DNA of 64,000 nucleotides from Sarea resinae (Eukaryota): NCBI GenBank assembly GCA_026026165.1, contig JAPEUD010000005.1, positions 62,001 to 126,000 of the forward strand, read 5' to 3'. Shown piece by piece: positions 13,511 to 23,780 of this stretch (position 1 is its first letter; each line of letters starts with the position of its first letter). The notes under the pieces were generated by a model. It saw only the letters and a program-made list of their open reading frames with translations, ran no database searches and was not told where the DNA came from. The position numbers and the translations under genes were made by a program.

Positions 13511-14532
13511 TTAGGCACTGTCCAGGGGTGCTGGATGGCCACTACAGCGTCGGGCTGCCTCGACGCCATCCAAGGGCGCTGGATGGCCACTACAGCGTCG
13601 GGCTGCCTCGACGCCAAACGAGGGCGCTGGATGGCCACTACAGCGTCGGGCTGCCTCGACGCCATCCAAGGGCGCTGGATGGCCACTACAGCGTCGGGCT
13701 GCCTCGACGCCAAACGAGGGCGCTGGATGGCCACTACAGCGTCGGGCTGCCTCGACGCCATCCAAAGGCGCTGGATGGCCACTACAGCGTCGGGCTGCCT
13801 TGACGCCATCCAAGGGCGCTGGATGGCCGCTGGAGGAGTGAGCTGTAGAAATACTGGCATCATCGGTTGTGGTGTGTTTGAACCTCCAAGCGGCTTCCAC
13901 GATAGGGCTCGAGTTTGGGCTCGTTGATGCCGCAAGCGGCACCATGAGACTGTTGCGGCCCATGGTGATTTCAATCAGGTCGCTTGAACCAGGCGCATCT
14001 TGATCATCTGCGAGTGCTATGCCCAAGAGGTCGATAAGCTCATGTTCCTTGAGAGTCTCGGCGAGGTCGTTGATAAAGTCGTTGGAGAAACTGACTGGGT
14101 CTGGCTTGACTTCGCCGTTGCTAGGCACATATTTAAACTCAAAAGGTTGCACTTCATTCTTGTATATGCGCCAGGACTTTGGCAGGATATGACCCGCCTC
14201 GACGGTATCCTGCGTAGCAGGCACTGGCCAAGGCCTTTGCATTGGACCGTATTCAACAAGCCTCTCGTCTTCGGTCATGTCGAAATGGCGGTGCAAGAGT
14301 TGGAGAACCAAGGACTTGGTCATACCGTGGCGGATAAAGACGTCTCTGTAAAACATTAATGATGATCCCCGTTTTGAAATAGCAGATAATCCTACCTGAT
14401 GCAAGATTGAATGTATTTGGAGCCATCTCTATCAGCTAAAGATCGAGTAGCATCGTAGAGATCTGGTAGAGTATCGTATGCCATACGATCATATGGGGCT
14501 GAGCCCCGGGTCTCAACAGCGACGGTGGCCAT
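13511..14532 (-). CDS. Putative fused enzyme-precursor protein: uncharacterised HRHF-motif domain plus C-terminal 16-aa tandem repeats (323 aa; exons 14532-14396, 14345-13511)
   Basis: ATG at 14532 (MATVAVETRG...YDTLPDL...IQSCIR). A 50-nt GTAGG...TACAG intron (14395-14346) joins in frame to DVFIRHG...LLHRHF...PKSW...PFEF...EITMGR...VEAAWRF, followed by seven SGHPAP units. TATAAATA lies ~100 bp upstream. The gene model is well supported; the function is inferred. Confidence 0.85.
13521..13831. repeat. Coding 48-bp tandem repeat, ~6.5 copies
   Basis: CTGGATGGCC recurs at 13531, 13579, 13627, 13675, 13723, 13771 and 13819. Two variants encode PLDG or PSFG. Confidence 0.97.
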
Positions 14533-14632
14533 GACGTGAGTAGATTTTGGCTGAAAATTAGTCTGGAAAATTGGAAGATTCCTTTGTCTTGACAAAAATG
14601 AAAAAAAGGCAGGCTCGAGTAGGTCCAGGCCC

Positions 14633-14640
14633 TATTTATA
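14633..14640 (-). promoter_or_regulatory. TATA box of the repeat-protein gene
   Basis: TATTTATA on + reads TATAAATA on -, ~100 bp upstream of the ATG at 14532, followed by a pyrimidine-rich leader. Confidence 0.6.
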
Positions 14641-15680
14641 TACGTAACATCAGTCCAATTAAGGGCAACTCAAGGCAAAACGGCGCAGCCAGGTCAGCAT
14701 CGTCAGGAATTGAAGTTCCATTAGACCGATGATTGAAGCCCAAGGCACAAATGCACAACCCCACAATGCCGAGCTATTGGAGATCGGTCTAATTGATTCC
14801 AAGATGCAGGATGGAGAGACTGGGGCGGCAAAATACGGAGGATGGTCTAACCCGAGGTGTAGAAAGGAGACTTCAAGGTTCTAAGTCGTGGAAAGATGGG
14901 ATGGAGGACCTAACGAGGCGTCAAGGCGGAGAAGGTAGCGGAGGCGTTCTTGAGGCCGTGTGGTCTTGAGGCCGTGGGGTCCAAAAGATTATGCATGAGA
15001 TGCTCTTATTTCATCATGCATATGTATCTCTTGAACCATCAAAGACAGTCCTCCTGACGATGCCGGACAACATGAGATGATGTGTTGTCTTCATCACAAG
15101 ATCACAAGACGCACGACGAAGCTATTGAAGTCCGAGGCCGCGAGGTCGAGAAGCCCACATATGAGATTACCTGTAGATGATTGATATCGGAATTAGCACG
15201 TGAAGCTACATCGAAAGGCTTAGGCCTCCAGCCTTTCAGATCTCGGTGAGAAGGGTGGCACTGACTTGTGCCACCTTGGACCCCATTGCAAGGATATCCC
15301 CTATCTTGTATTTGATTTCTGCCCTGTTTCCGACCTGCCCTCCCGCATTGATCCACGTAAATCCGATTGACCTCGTATTTCGGACTGCGGGAGCGCCCGT
15401 CAACAGAGTTACTCACCTTACTCATCAGGCCCCCAGCGAGTTAATTGTCACAATCGCGGGTCGCCTGATGGAACATTGACCCCTCTTTTCGGAGCCATTG
15501 ATGATAATGCTCAAGGTTAGAATGTTCCGCCTGTTCCTGCAGGCTTGAGATTACACGCATGTATCTCGATAAAGTAATGTTAAGTGCCCGGTGTGTTAAA
15601 AATCGCTGCAGTCCTTTTCGAGTCGAAGCTAAGACCAGCTGGACAATTGGGAGCTTCTCTACCCCGTTCGGAAAACAATT

Positions 15681-16628
15681 ATGGATTCTTGTGATCCGAA
15701 TTCACTCACGGAAATTTTTATACCTGCGTCGATAAAGCCATCCGCTGTTCTGCCTCTATTGATGATGCGCAGAACCATCGTGTTGGATGTTTGGTCCATC
15801 GCTCCGGGCTCTCGCATACTAGAGATAGGTTGCGGACAAGGTGAAACGAGTATGACCACCTGTTAAGTAGACCTTGCTCAAGAGCATCTTTCGTACTGAA
15901 AGGTCCAACTAGCTATCGTCCTTGCTGCAGCAGTAGGAGATTCCGGCCACGTCGACGCCGTAGACCCAGCGCCGCCGAATTACGGAGGACCCATCAACGT
16001 CGGAACTTCTCGAAGGAACCTCAAAGCCTCTATACTTGGCGAGCGTATTACTTTCCACAACTGCGATGCTGAGGAATACCTTGCGTCTTTCTCTGGGACA
16101 CCATATAACTATGTTGTTTTCTACCAGTCGCTTTGGTTCTTCGACGACGAAGCTCAGATTGAACGAATTTTGCATATTTTGAAGGATGGCAATGGCAGAT
16201 TTGCAACAAAACTGTTGATAGCTGAATGGGCTTTGCAGGCCAGCTCCAAGGAAGCGTGGCCCCACGTTCTGGCAACGCTGAGCATTGCAAATCTGAAGAT
16301 GAAGGTCATGGAGGATGGAACCAATGTTTGCAGTCCCGTATCTCCGGAGTGGTTTCGCCGGTTTTTCACCCGAGAAATGATGGAAGTCGTTGAAGAGAAA
16401 TTGATCACCCCTCCCAAAGAGTCGAGGGAAGGTATGTGGGAGGTTGGCGTTGTCCTTAAGGAACGGTATGCGGAACGCATCCGCGCCGCCTACAAGGATG
16501 ACCAACGGGCCAGGCTTGCAGCGGATACTATGCGCGAAAGCGCTGTTGCTGCTTATGCGCAGATTGGAGGGGATCTGGAGAATGTAGGGACTATGGACAT
16601 TTGGACTGGCGTCATTCGTCTGGCTTGA
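15681..16628 (+). CDS. Class I SAM-dependent methyltransferase, UstM-like (294 aa; exons 15681-15849, 15913-16628)
   Basis: Motif I RILEIGCGQG. A 63-nt GTATGA...CTAG intron restores the frame to TIVLAAAVGDSGHVDAVDPAPPNYGGP...RITFHN...SLWFF...LLIAEWAL...PHVLA with no stops. This motif set resembles the ustiloxin methyltransferase UstM family as I recall it; not searched. Confidence 0.88.
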
Positions 16629-16715
16629 GATGACGAAGTCCCGCCATAATCTAGAGTAAAGGAAGTGCCATTTCGCGATAGTTGAATCAAATTGCTGCAG
16701 TATCCACAACATATT

Positions 16716-18436
16716 CTACCTTGTCAGTCTAACTGCCCAGAAAGCAATAGCTAGCATTGACAAGCATATGCTCATCAAGAACCATGGGAGTCCAAGCCAT
16801 AGAGAGCTCTCATGCTTCATTCCGAGATTGAAGAGCGTTGCCTCAATTGGAGACGATAACATTAAGCTTACGGCTTCAACAAGCCCAAGAAGACTGTAAA
16901 GTCTGGCCACCTGATTTGGCTCGACTAAATTCGTCACCAAGGCTCTAGTAGCCCCACCCATCCCAGAGCCACAAGTCTGGATTGCGATGGCCAAGAAGAG
17001 AACTTGAGTATTTGGAGCGACTGCGACAAGAAGGGTGCCAAGTGCGTATGCACATACTCCTGATCTTGCGAAAAAGATATCCTTCTGCGTCGTAGTAAAC
17101 TTGAAGTGTCGAATAATGCAAGACGATGCTCCAGGGAGAAAGACCAGGAGAACCATTACAGCGACTGCGGCTTGGAAAGCATAGATGTAATTAGTCCGAG
17201 CGATGGTCCAGCCAAATCGTTTCGGCACATATTGGAAGTAAAGCTCGTCGAGATTGTTGAGGGCCTCACGGATGGGGTATGAGAGCGCCAGAAATAAGAT
17301 CCTCGGATCTTGAAGGAATCCGAAATCTGCCGCGATGGATCGGAAGGTTCTGATCAGGACCTTAGCGGAAGAGGTGACCTCAACGGTGACACCGTCAGGA
17401 GCCTCGTCCTGCTGCTGATGCCCGAAGTCTGAAATGGTCGAGGAGGAAGCATGACATGTTTGGCGGGATTCGCTTTTCCTAGATGCTCTCAATGTCTCTG
17501 GAAGAGCAAGCGTCAAGGGGATCGTTAGAAGGTTCGAGCATAGGCCAATGCTATACGGAAGCCAGACGCCGAGATCCATCAATTTACCAGCAATGGAATA
17601 ACTGATCAGGAAACAGAGATAACTGGCTGCCCCCAGGCGGAAGAAAGTAACAGCGCTGGTCAAGCGTCAGCTCCCAATTGCCGAGGACACAAACAACCCC
17701 AAGTTGCACACTCACTCACGTTTGGGCGACAGGCGTAACGTCCGAAATGATGACAAATATCAGAGCTGTTGCTACTATATTCCCACCGCCGAACAGGCCA
17801 ACTATTCCTTCCAGCCAAATGAGGCGGAGAGGGAGGGCATCGGGGAATGAGCCTTCCGTGAACATTAATACTTGCAATGAAATATCGTAGCGGGCAGAGC
17901 TTACATATAAGATAGACCCAGAGAGAGCCCAGGTTGATGGCAATCTGATTCATCACCAGTATCCATTTTCTGCCCACTCTGTCCGCCAACATCCCATAAG
18001 GCACGCAGAGCATGACGCCTGTCACGAGATGCAGTCGTTAGCAAAAAGCGATCCTCGGTCATGATCTAAGGCGTCTCAGTCCAGACAGACCAGGCAAGAA
18101 GTTGAAGAAAGACCGCCAGCCGCGAAGAAAGGCGATATTCGCCTGAACCTGGTCAACTTTGCATGATCTGCCATCGTGTCGCTCTGCGAGAGACGGGTTG
18201 TCGTGATAGTATTTGTCGCAGTAGATGTCCTCGAAGATCTGGACTTGGGCACCGCCTTGCAGCAACGACGGGATATTCACAAAGATGATGAGAATGAAGA
18301 TGAGGACTGTGACCCTTTGCCGTCTGCGTAGGGCAAATGAATCTGCTTCGTCCTGCTGCCCACCATGAACGGCGGGAATGGCAGAAGATGGCGAGGGGAG
18401 CAGCGAAGTGGATTCATCGTCAGGCATGACTCTCAT
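16716..18436 (-). CDS. MFS transporter, UstT/SLC46-like efflux pump (4 exons)
   Basis: Exons approx. 18436-18091, 18018-17905, 17852-17720, ~17655-16716 with GT-AG introns. Motifs IYC...CKVDQVQ, PYGMLADRVGRK (MFS motif A), ISDVT, YVPKRFGWTI; many hydrophobic segments. Confidence 0.9.
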
Positions 18437-18968
18437 GAGGTAAGATGAAGATTCGTGATATCAATGGACGGGTACCGCCATGGGAGGGCTAGGTAGGGCA
18501 CTCAGTATATCACGTATATGTAGTAGTCGAACCAGGGAATCGCCTCCCGAGATCATTCCAGCCATCTCGTCATCTCGACCATTTCACCCACCCGTGGACA
18601 TGCCAGAGGTAAGGTAGTACGAAGTGGGAAGGACCGAGTACAGAGCATACTGAAGTCGAACGAAATCGGTGGAGGTATCAATGATCCTTCGGACTACCCG
18701 AGGCTATTAGACACATCCTGTCTTCTCAGGCTCGGGTCTGAGCACATACTGCGGTATTGGATGGCAGCATACCTCCACCTCAGCTACCTTATCAATGCTT
18801 CTTTTGGGGGCCGAACAGGTAAGGGGAACAGGTAAGCAACATGCTGCAAGGCGTCCTACGGCAGTAGTACGCGGTACTTCGTGGATTGATGGATGGACGC
18901 CTTATTATTCCTTCGCTGTTGGTGCCAAGTCCGAGATCTCCTCCACCTCTCGTCACGGTTGAGACGGC

Positions 18969-19016
18969 GATAAAGCTCGCGATATAGCTCACGATAGAGC
19001 TCGCGATAGAGCTCGC
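18969..19016. repeat. 12-bp tandem repeat x4 (GATAGAGCTCGC consensus)
   Basis: GATAAAGCTCGC GATATAGCTCAC GATAGAGCTCGC GATAGAGCTCGC, ending 65 bp before the ABC transporter ATG. Confidence 0.9.
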
Positions 19017-19080
19017 AGTATGGCAAGCTATCCAACCGTCCGGCGAGAAGACAGCGACGGCCGAGCAGCCATCTTCCATC

Positions 19081-22000
19081 ATGAACGCGTCTCACTTGCC
19101 CTGCGGCAATGATAACACCTTTGGCCCGATTGTTCTCTCCAACTGTCGTGGCGGTTTCGACTTCACTTTCTTGTTTGAGCAGATCCTCTTCCTTACCGTC
19201 CCCTGCATCGTCCTGCTGCTCTGTTCTCCGATACGGATACTTCAATTGCTTCGGGAAACCAATAAGACACGGGATAATTCCGTTCGAGGATGGAAACGAG
19301 TGCGTCTTCGTACCTCCACCCACCAGATTGCAGCTTTTGACCTTTCCCGCAGTCATGTGCCTTTGCCTTCTCTTGTCTACAGATTGCCCTCATCATTACC
19401 TGGACGGTTGATGGATCGTCACGGACTAGAGCCTCCATAGCATATACGTGTTTAGCCTTTTCCAGTTCTGTAGCGCTCCTTCTCCTCTCTACCTTCGAGC
19501 ACCGCCGATCTGTCCGACCCTCGTTCATCATCAATGTCTACCTCATCTTTTCGCTCCTCTTTGATGCGGTGGTCGCTCGTACAATGTGGCTGGGTGCTAC
19601 TCCACATAGCGTTGCAATCGTCTTTTCCACAGGCCTTCTTCTGAAGCTTATGATGCTCCTCCTAGAGGCCAGCGAGAAGAGAAAGTATCTTGACGAGCAG
19701 TTCTCTCAATTACCCCCGGAAGGTATAGCTGGAATCATAAATCGCAGTACGTTCTGGTGGCTGAACGCTTTGTTTCATTCTGGCTTCCGGAATGTTCTTC
19801 ATCCCAAAGATCTCTATAGCTTGGACTCCGAGCTCTCTTCGGCCAGATCCCGCGATAGGGCAAAGGCTTTACGAGGTTTCCAGCCGGAGAAGAAGCATGC
19901 ATTATTTGTCGTCACCGCCAAATCGCTTCTGTGGCCCATCTTGCGCGCAGTCTTCCCTCGGCTCTGCTTAATAGGCTTCACATACGCACAGCCAGCTCTT
20001 ATTAGCAAGATAGTCGAATTCGCCGAGCAGACTCAAAATCACAGTAACAAGAATGTTGGATACGGTCTCATTGGGGCCACGTTCCTCACGTATTGTGGCA
20101 TTGCGCTTTCGAGTGTGCATGCAAACCACGCATTCAATCGAGTGCTTATCATGGTTCGGGGAACTATGATCATTTCAATTTACGAGAAGATGCTTCAACT
20201 TAGTGGAGATTCCACCGCGCAAGGATCTGCAGTGACGCTCATGAGCACAGATATCGATAGAATTTGTTTAGTACTCGAGCAAGTGAATGAGTTATGGGCG
20301 GGTACGATTGAGGCTACGGTTGCACTAATCCTCTTGGGGCGTGAGGTGGGATATGTCGCTATTGCGCCATTGGCCTGGGGAATAAGTAAGTGTTCCCTAA
20401 AAGACGAAAACCCGTTCGCTGGTCGAGATTGGACGACAAGATATGGTTGATTGCTGATAAGAAATTGGCGGCAGTTGCAGCTCTTTTGACCTCTTTTATA
20501 TCTGGGAAGGCTCCCGTGCGTCAACAAGTTTGGTTCAAAGCTATTGAAAGAAGAGTTGCCGTAACATCGATTGTTTTGGAATCCATGAGAGGTATTAAGA
20601 TGATGGGTCTCACGCCAGTAGTGTCAAATACTGTGCAAGAATTTCGAAAGCGCGAGATCGACCTCTCGAAAGGATTTCGGTATTTCAACATCTGCCTCAA
20701 TGTGCTCGGTGTGTGAAGCAATCCTCTCAACGAAGCATAACTGATCATAACTATTAGTAAGTTCACAGATGATCCTCTTCCCTGTTCTGGTCTTTGGAGT
20801 GTACACTGCCGTGCATACTAGCAAATTTACGGTCTCCAAAGCTTCAACTACCCTATCTGTCGTGACGCTTCTGTCTGGACCTTTGGTAGAGATTCTTGCC
20901 AATATATACTTGTTATCATCAGCTGCAGCATGTTTTGATCGAATCCAAAACTTTCTTGTCATGCCAATTCTCGAAGACCACAGAAGTCTTTATTCGACTA
21001 GCTCACGGCGACCCCGGACAGCTTCTGGTAGTGAGATGCCTAGCAATGCTGCAGTCATTAGAAATGCAGACATCGGTAGCAAAGCAGATGCTGCATGTAT
21101 CCTCAAGAGTATCGACCTTAACATCAAGGCCGGTTCGCTGACAGTCATAACGGGTCCTAGTGGCTCCGGCAAGTCGACTTTGATGCAGGCTTTACTGGGC
21201 GAGAACGGGTTCTCCAACGGTGCGGTTGAAATCACTTCCAGTACAGTCGCATATTGTAATGACGAACCCTGGCTCACAAATGACACAATCGCCGCGAACA
21301 TTACTGCTAGTAAGGAATTTGATACAGAGTGGTTCGCGTCGGTATTGGGGGCCTGTGGATTTGATGCAGAGATGCATTCAATCATCAATGATGAGAGCAA
21401 TATTGGCAGTATGGGAGCACTCTTAAGCGGGGGACAAAGGCAACGAGTGGTAGGATTTGGTTCTTTCCTAACTTCGCCTCCAAGAGAAAGCTGAATGTTA
21501 GACAGGCGTTGGCTCGTGCCGTATATTCCAATGAAAAGATACTCATCCTTGACAACCCTTTGAGCGGTCTCGACGCTCTAACAGAGGCAACGGTGTTAAA
21601 GCGGCTATTTGGGACTCAGGGGCTGCTGAGGAGGATGGGATGTACAGTCATTTTGGCGACAAATACAAGTAGGCTCCATACTTCTTTGACACGATCATCC
21701 AAGGATTCTAATTGTTTTCAGCAAGCTATTTTCCCATGGCCGACGAGATTATTGCCATCACTAGAGAGGGAAGGATTGGCTTTCAAGGTCCATCTCGCCA
21801 ACTGCAGGCGAATATCCCTTTCAATGAGACGCAAAGCGGCGACACAGAGCGGCGTTTGAACCCGAACCCCACTGAGTCGTGTCCTGTTTCCAACCAAGCA
21901 CCGACATCTTCCAGACGAAGAGTGCTGATCACTAATGAAGACGCCTCTCGTAGAATAGGTGATACGTCAGCTTACAGATACTATCTACGGTCTCTCGGTC

Positions 22001-23780
22001 GCATTCAGACACTTTGTTTTGCCATGTTAGTAATACTTCGGATTTTCTGCCTGCAATATCCTCGTAAGTGACTCCGTCCCCGATAAGATTTCCTTCTCAT
22101 CCGACGTGATTAGAAGTCTGGCTCCTCCGATGGGCACGAGCGAACCAGGCATCTCCAGGGAGGGACAAAGGCATGTATTTTGGCGTATACGCCATATTCG
22201 CCGTTGCGGGCTTATTCTTCGTCGGTTCCTCTATATGGCTGATGTTTATCGTCAACGTCCCCCGCTCGGCGAACCGGCTACACTCGTATCTCCTCGACGC
22301 TGTAATGAACGCCCCCTATCTGTTCCACTCGTCGACCGACTCAGGAGTAACGCTCAACAGGTTCAGCCAGGACATGTCGCTGATAGACTCTCAGCTCCCA
22401 GCGGCATTTCAGCAAACATCAGTGGCGGTGGCTGTCGCAATCGGCGGGGGCATCCTGATCGCAGCTGGTTCTAAGTTCATGGCAGTAACAATCCCATTTT
22501 GCCTTCTCATTCTGTACGTTCTGCAGAAATTTTATCTTCGACTTTCTCGTCAGGTAAGTCGCAAGATCATGCGGGTCTCCAAGCTGCACTGCTTAAGCTG
22601 TAAATAGATTCGCCTGATGGACCTCGAAGCGAAATCGCCCCTATTCACTCACTTCACCGACACCAATCATGGATTGCACACAATACGAGCGTTTGGTTGG
22701 CAGACCCGACACGTCGAGCGCTGTCTCGAGTTACTCGATCGTTCCCAGCAACCAGCGTATCTACTTCTCTGCATCCAGCGATGGTTAGGCTTGGCCTTAG
22801 ACCTACTGATCATGGGTCTAGCCGTGGTCTTAGTCTCGCTGGTCGTGGGACTGAGCGGCAGCACGAGCGGCAGCTCAATCGGCGTTGCACTAATCAACAT
22901 CCTCGGCTTCAATCAGACGCTCGCGACTGCAATTACCTCGTATACGGCTCTGGAAACGTCCATCGGAGCCATTGTGCGAACGAAAAATTTCGTCGCAGAG
23001 ACGACGCCGGAATCGAACCCACCACCATCGCCATGGCGAACCTCTTCATCGGACTGGCCCTCGCGTGGAGAGATCGAGTTGCGCGACGTCAACGTGGCCT
23101 ACTCACCCACCGAGCCCTTGGTACTCCGTGACTTCAATCTCGTCGTCCCAGCCGGCCACAAGGTCGCTATCTGCGGCCGATCCGGGTGCGGGAAATCCTC
23201 CCTGGTGCTCCTCCTCGCGCGTCTGTTGGACTGCAGCTCGGCTGGCGTCGTTAGCATCGACGGCGTCCCGATCGGTGAGCGGACGCGCGAGACCGTCCGG
23301 TCCGCCCTGACGATCTTGCCCCAGGACCTCGTCGTGATCCCCGGCACCGTGCGCGAGAACGTCGACCCGTCGGGCACGAGATCCGATGGCGAGATCGTGG
23401 CGGCTTTGTGCAATGTCGGGCTAGCCCATGTTGCGTCCTCTGAACAGGCGCTGAATATGGCGGTCGAGAAGGTGCCGCTTTCCAGGGGCCAGAGACAACT
23501 GTTCGCGCTCGCGTCTGCTTCTCTTCGGGAGAGCAAAGTCGTCATCTTAGATGAAGCCACGAGCCATCTTGATGCAGAGAGCGAGCAGGTTGTCAAGGAC
23601 CTCGTCTTGGGCAAGTGGAGGCACAGCACCGTTCTCGCTGTGGTGCATCGTCTAGCAGCCGTTGTCGATTACTATGACATGGTGGCTGTCATAGATGCCG
23701 GACGCGTGGTCGAGTATGGCGATCCGAGAGAGCTGATGGCGCAAGAGGGCAGCTGGTTCGGGGCTTTGTGGAATGCTTGA
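19081..23780 (+). CDS. ABCC (MRP-type) full-length ABC transporter, multi-exon
   Basis: N-terminus NDNTFGP...CRGGFDFTFLFEQ and EHRRSVRPS typical of fungal ABCC exporters. NBD1 has GPSGSGKS, LSGGQRQR, ILILDNPLSGLD. TMD2 has LNRFSQDM and DLEAKSPLF. NBD2 has GRSGCGKSS, LSRGQRQL, ILDEATS, VHRL. Confidence 0.95.

Noticed and set aside
13521..13831. 48-bp array as a CRISPR array, or the other-frame ORFs 13315-13803, 13390-13974 and 13466-13927 as genes
   Set aside because: The units are contiguous with no unique spacers, there are no cas genes and the context is eukaryotic. The other frames are open only because the 48-bp unit lacks stops. Only the 13511-14345 frame links by a canonical intron to an ATG exon with a TATA box.
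13511..14532. Classical dikaritin or Kex2-processed (KEP) precursor
   Set aside because: No signal peptide, no Tyr in the repeats, a large fused domain and no DUF3328 neighbour. RR sites are present but a secretory route is unsupported.
15102..15479. Small ORFs in the precursor/methyltransferase spacer as an extra cluster gene
   Set aside because: No recognisable motif, repeat or consistent splice model.
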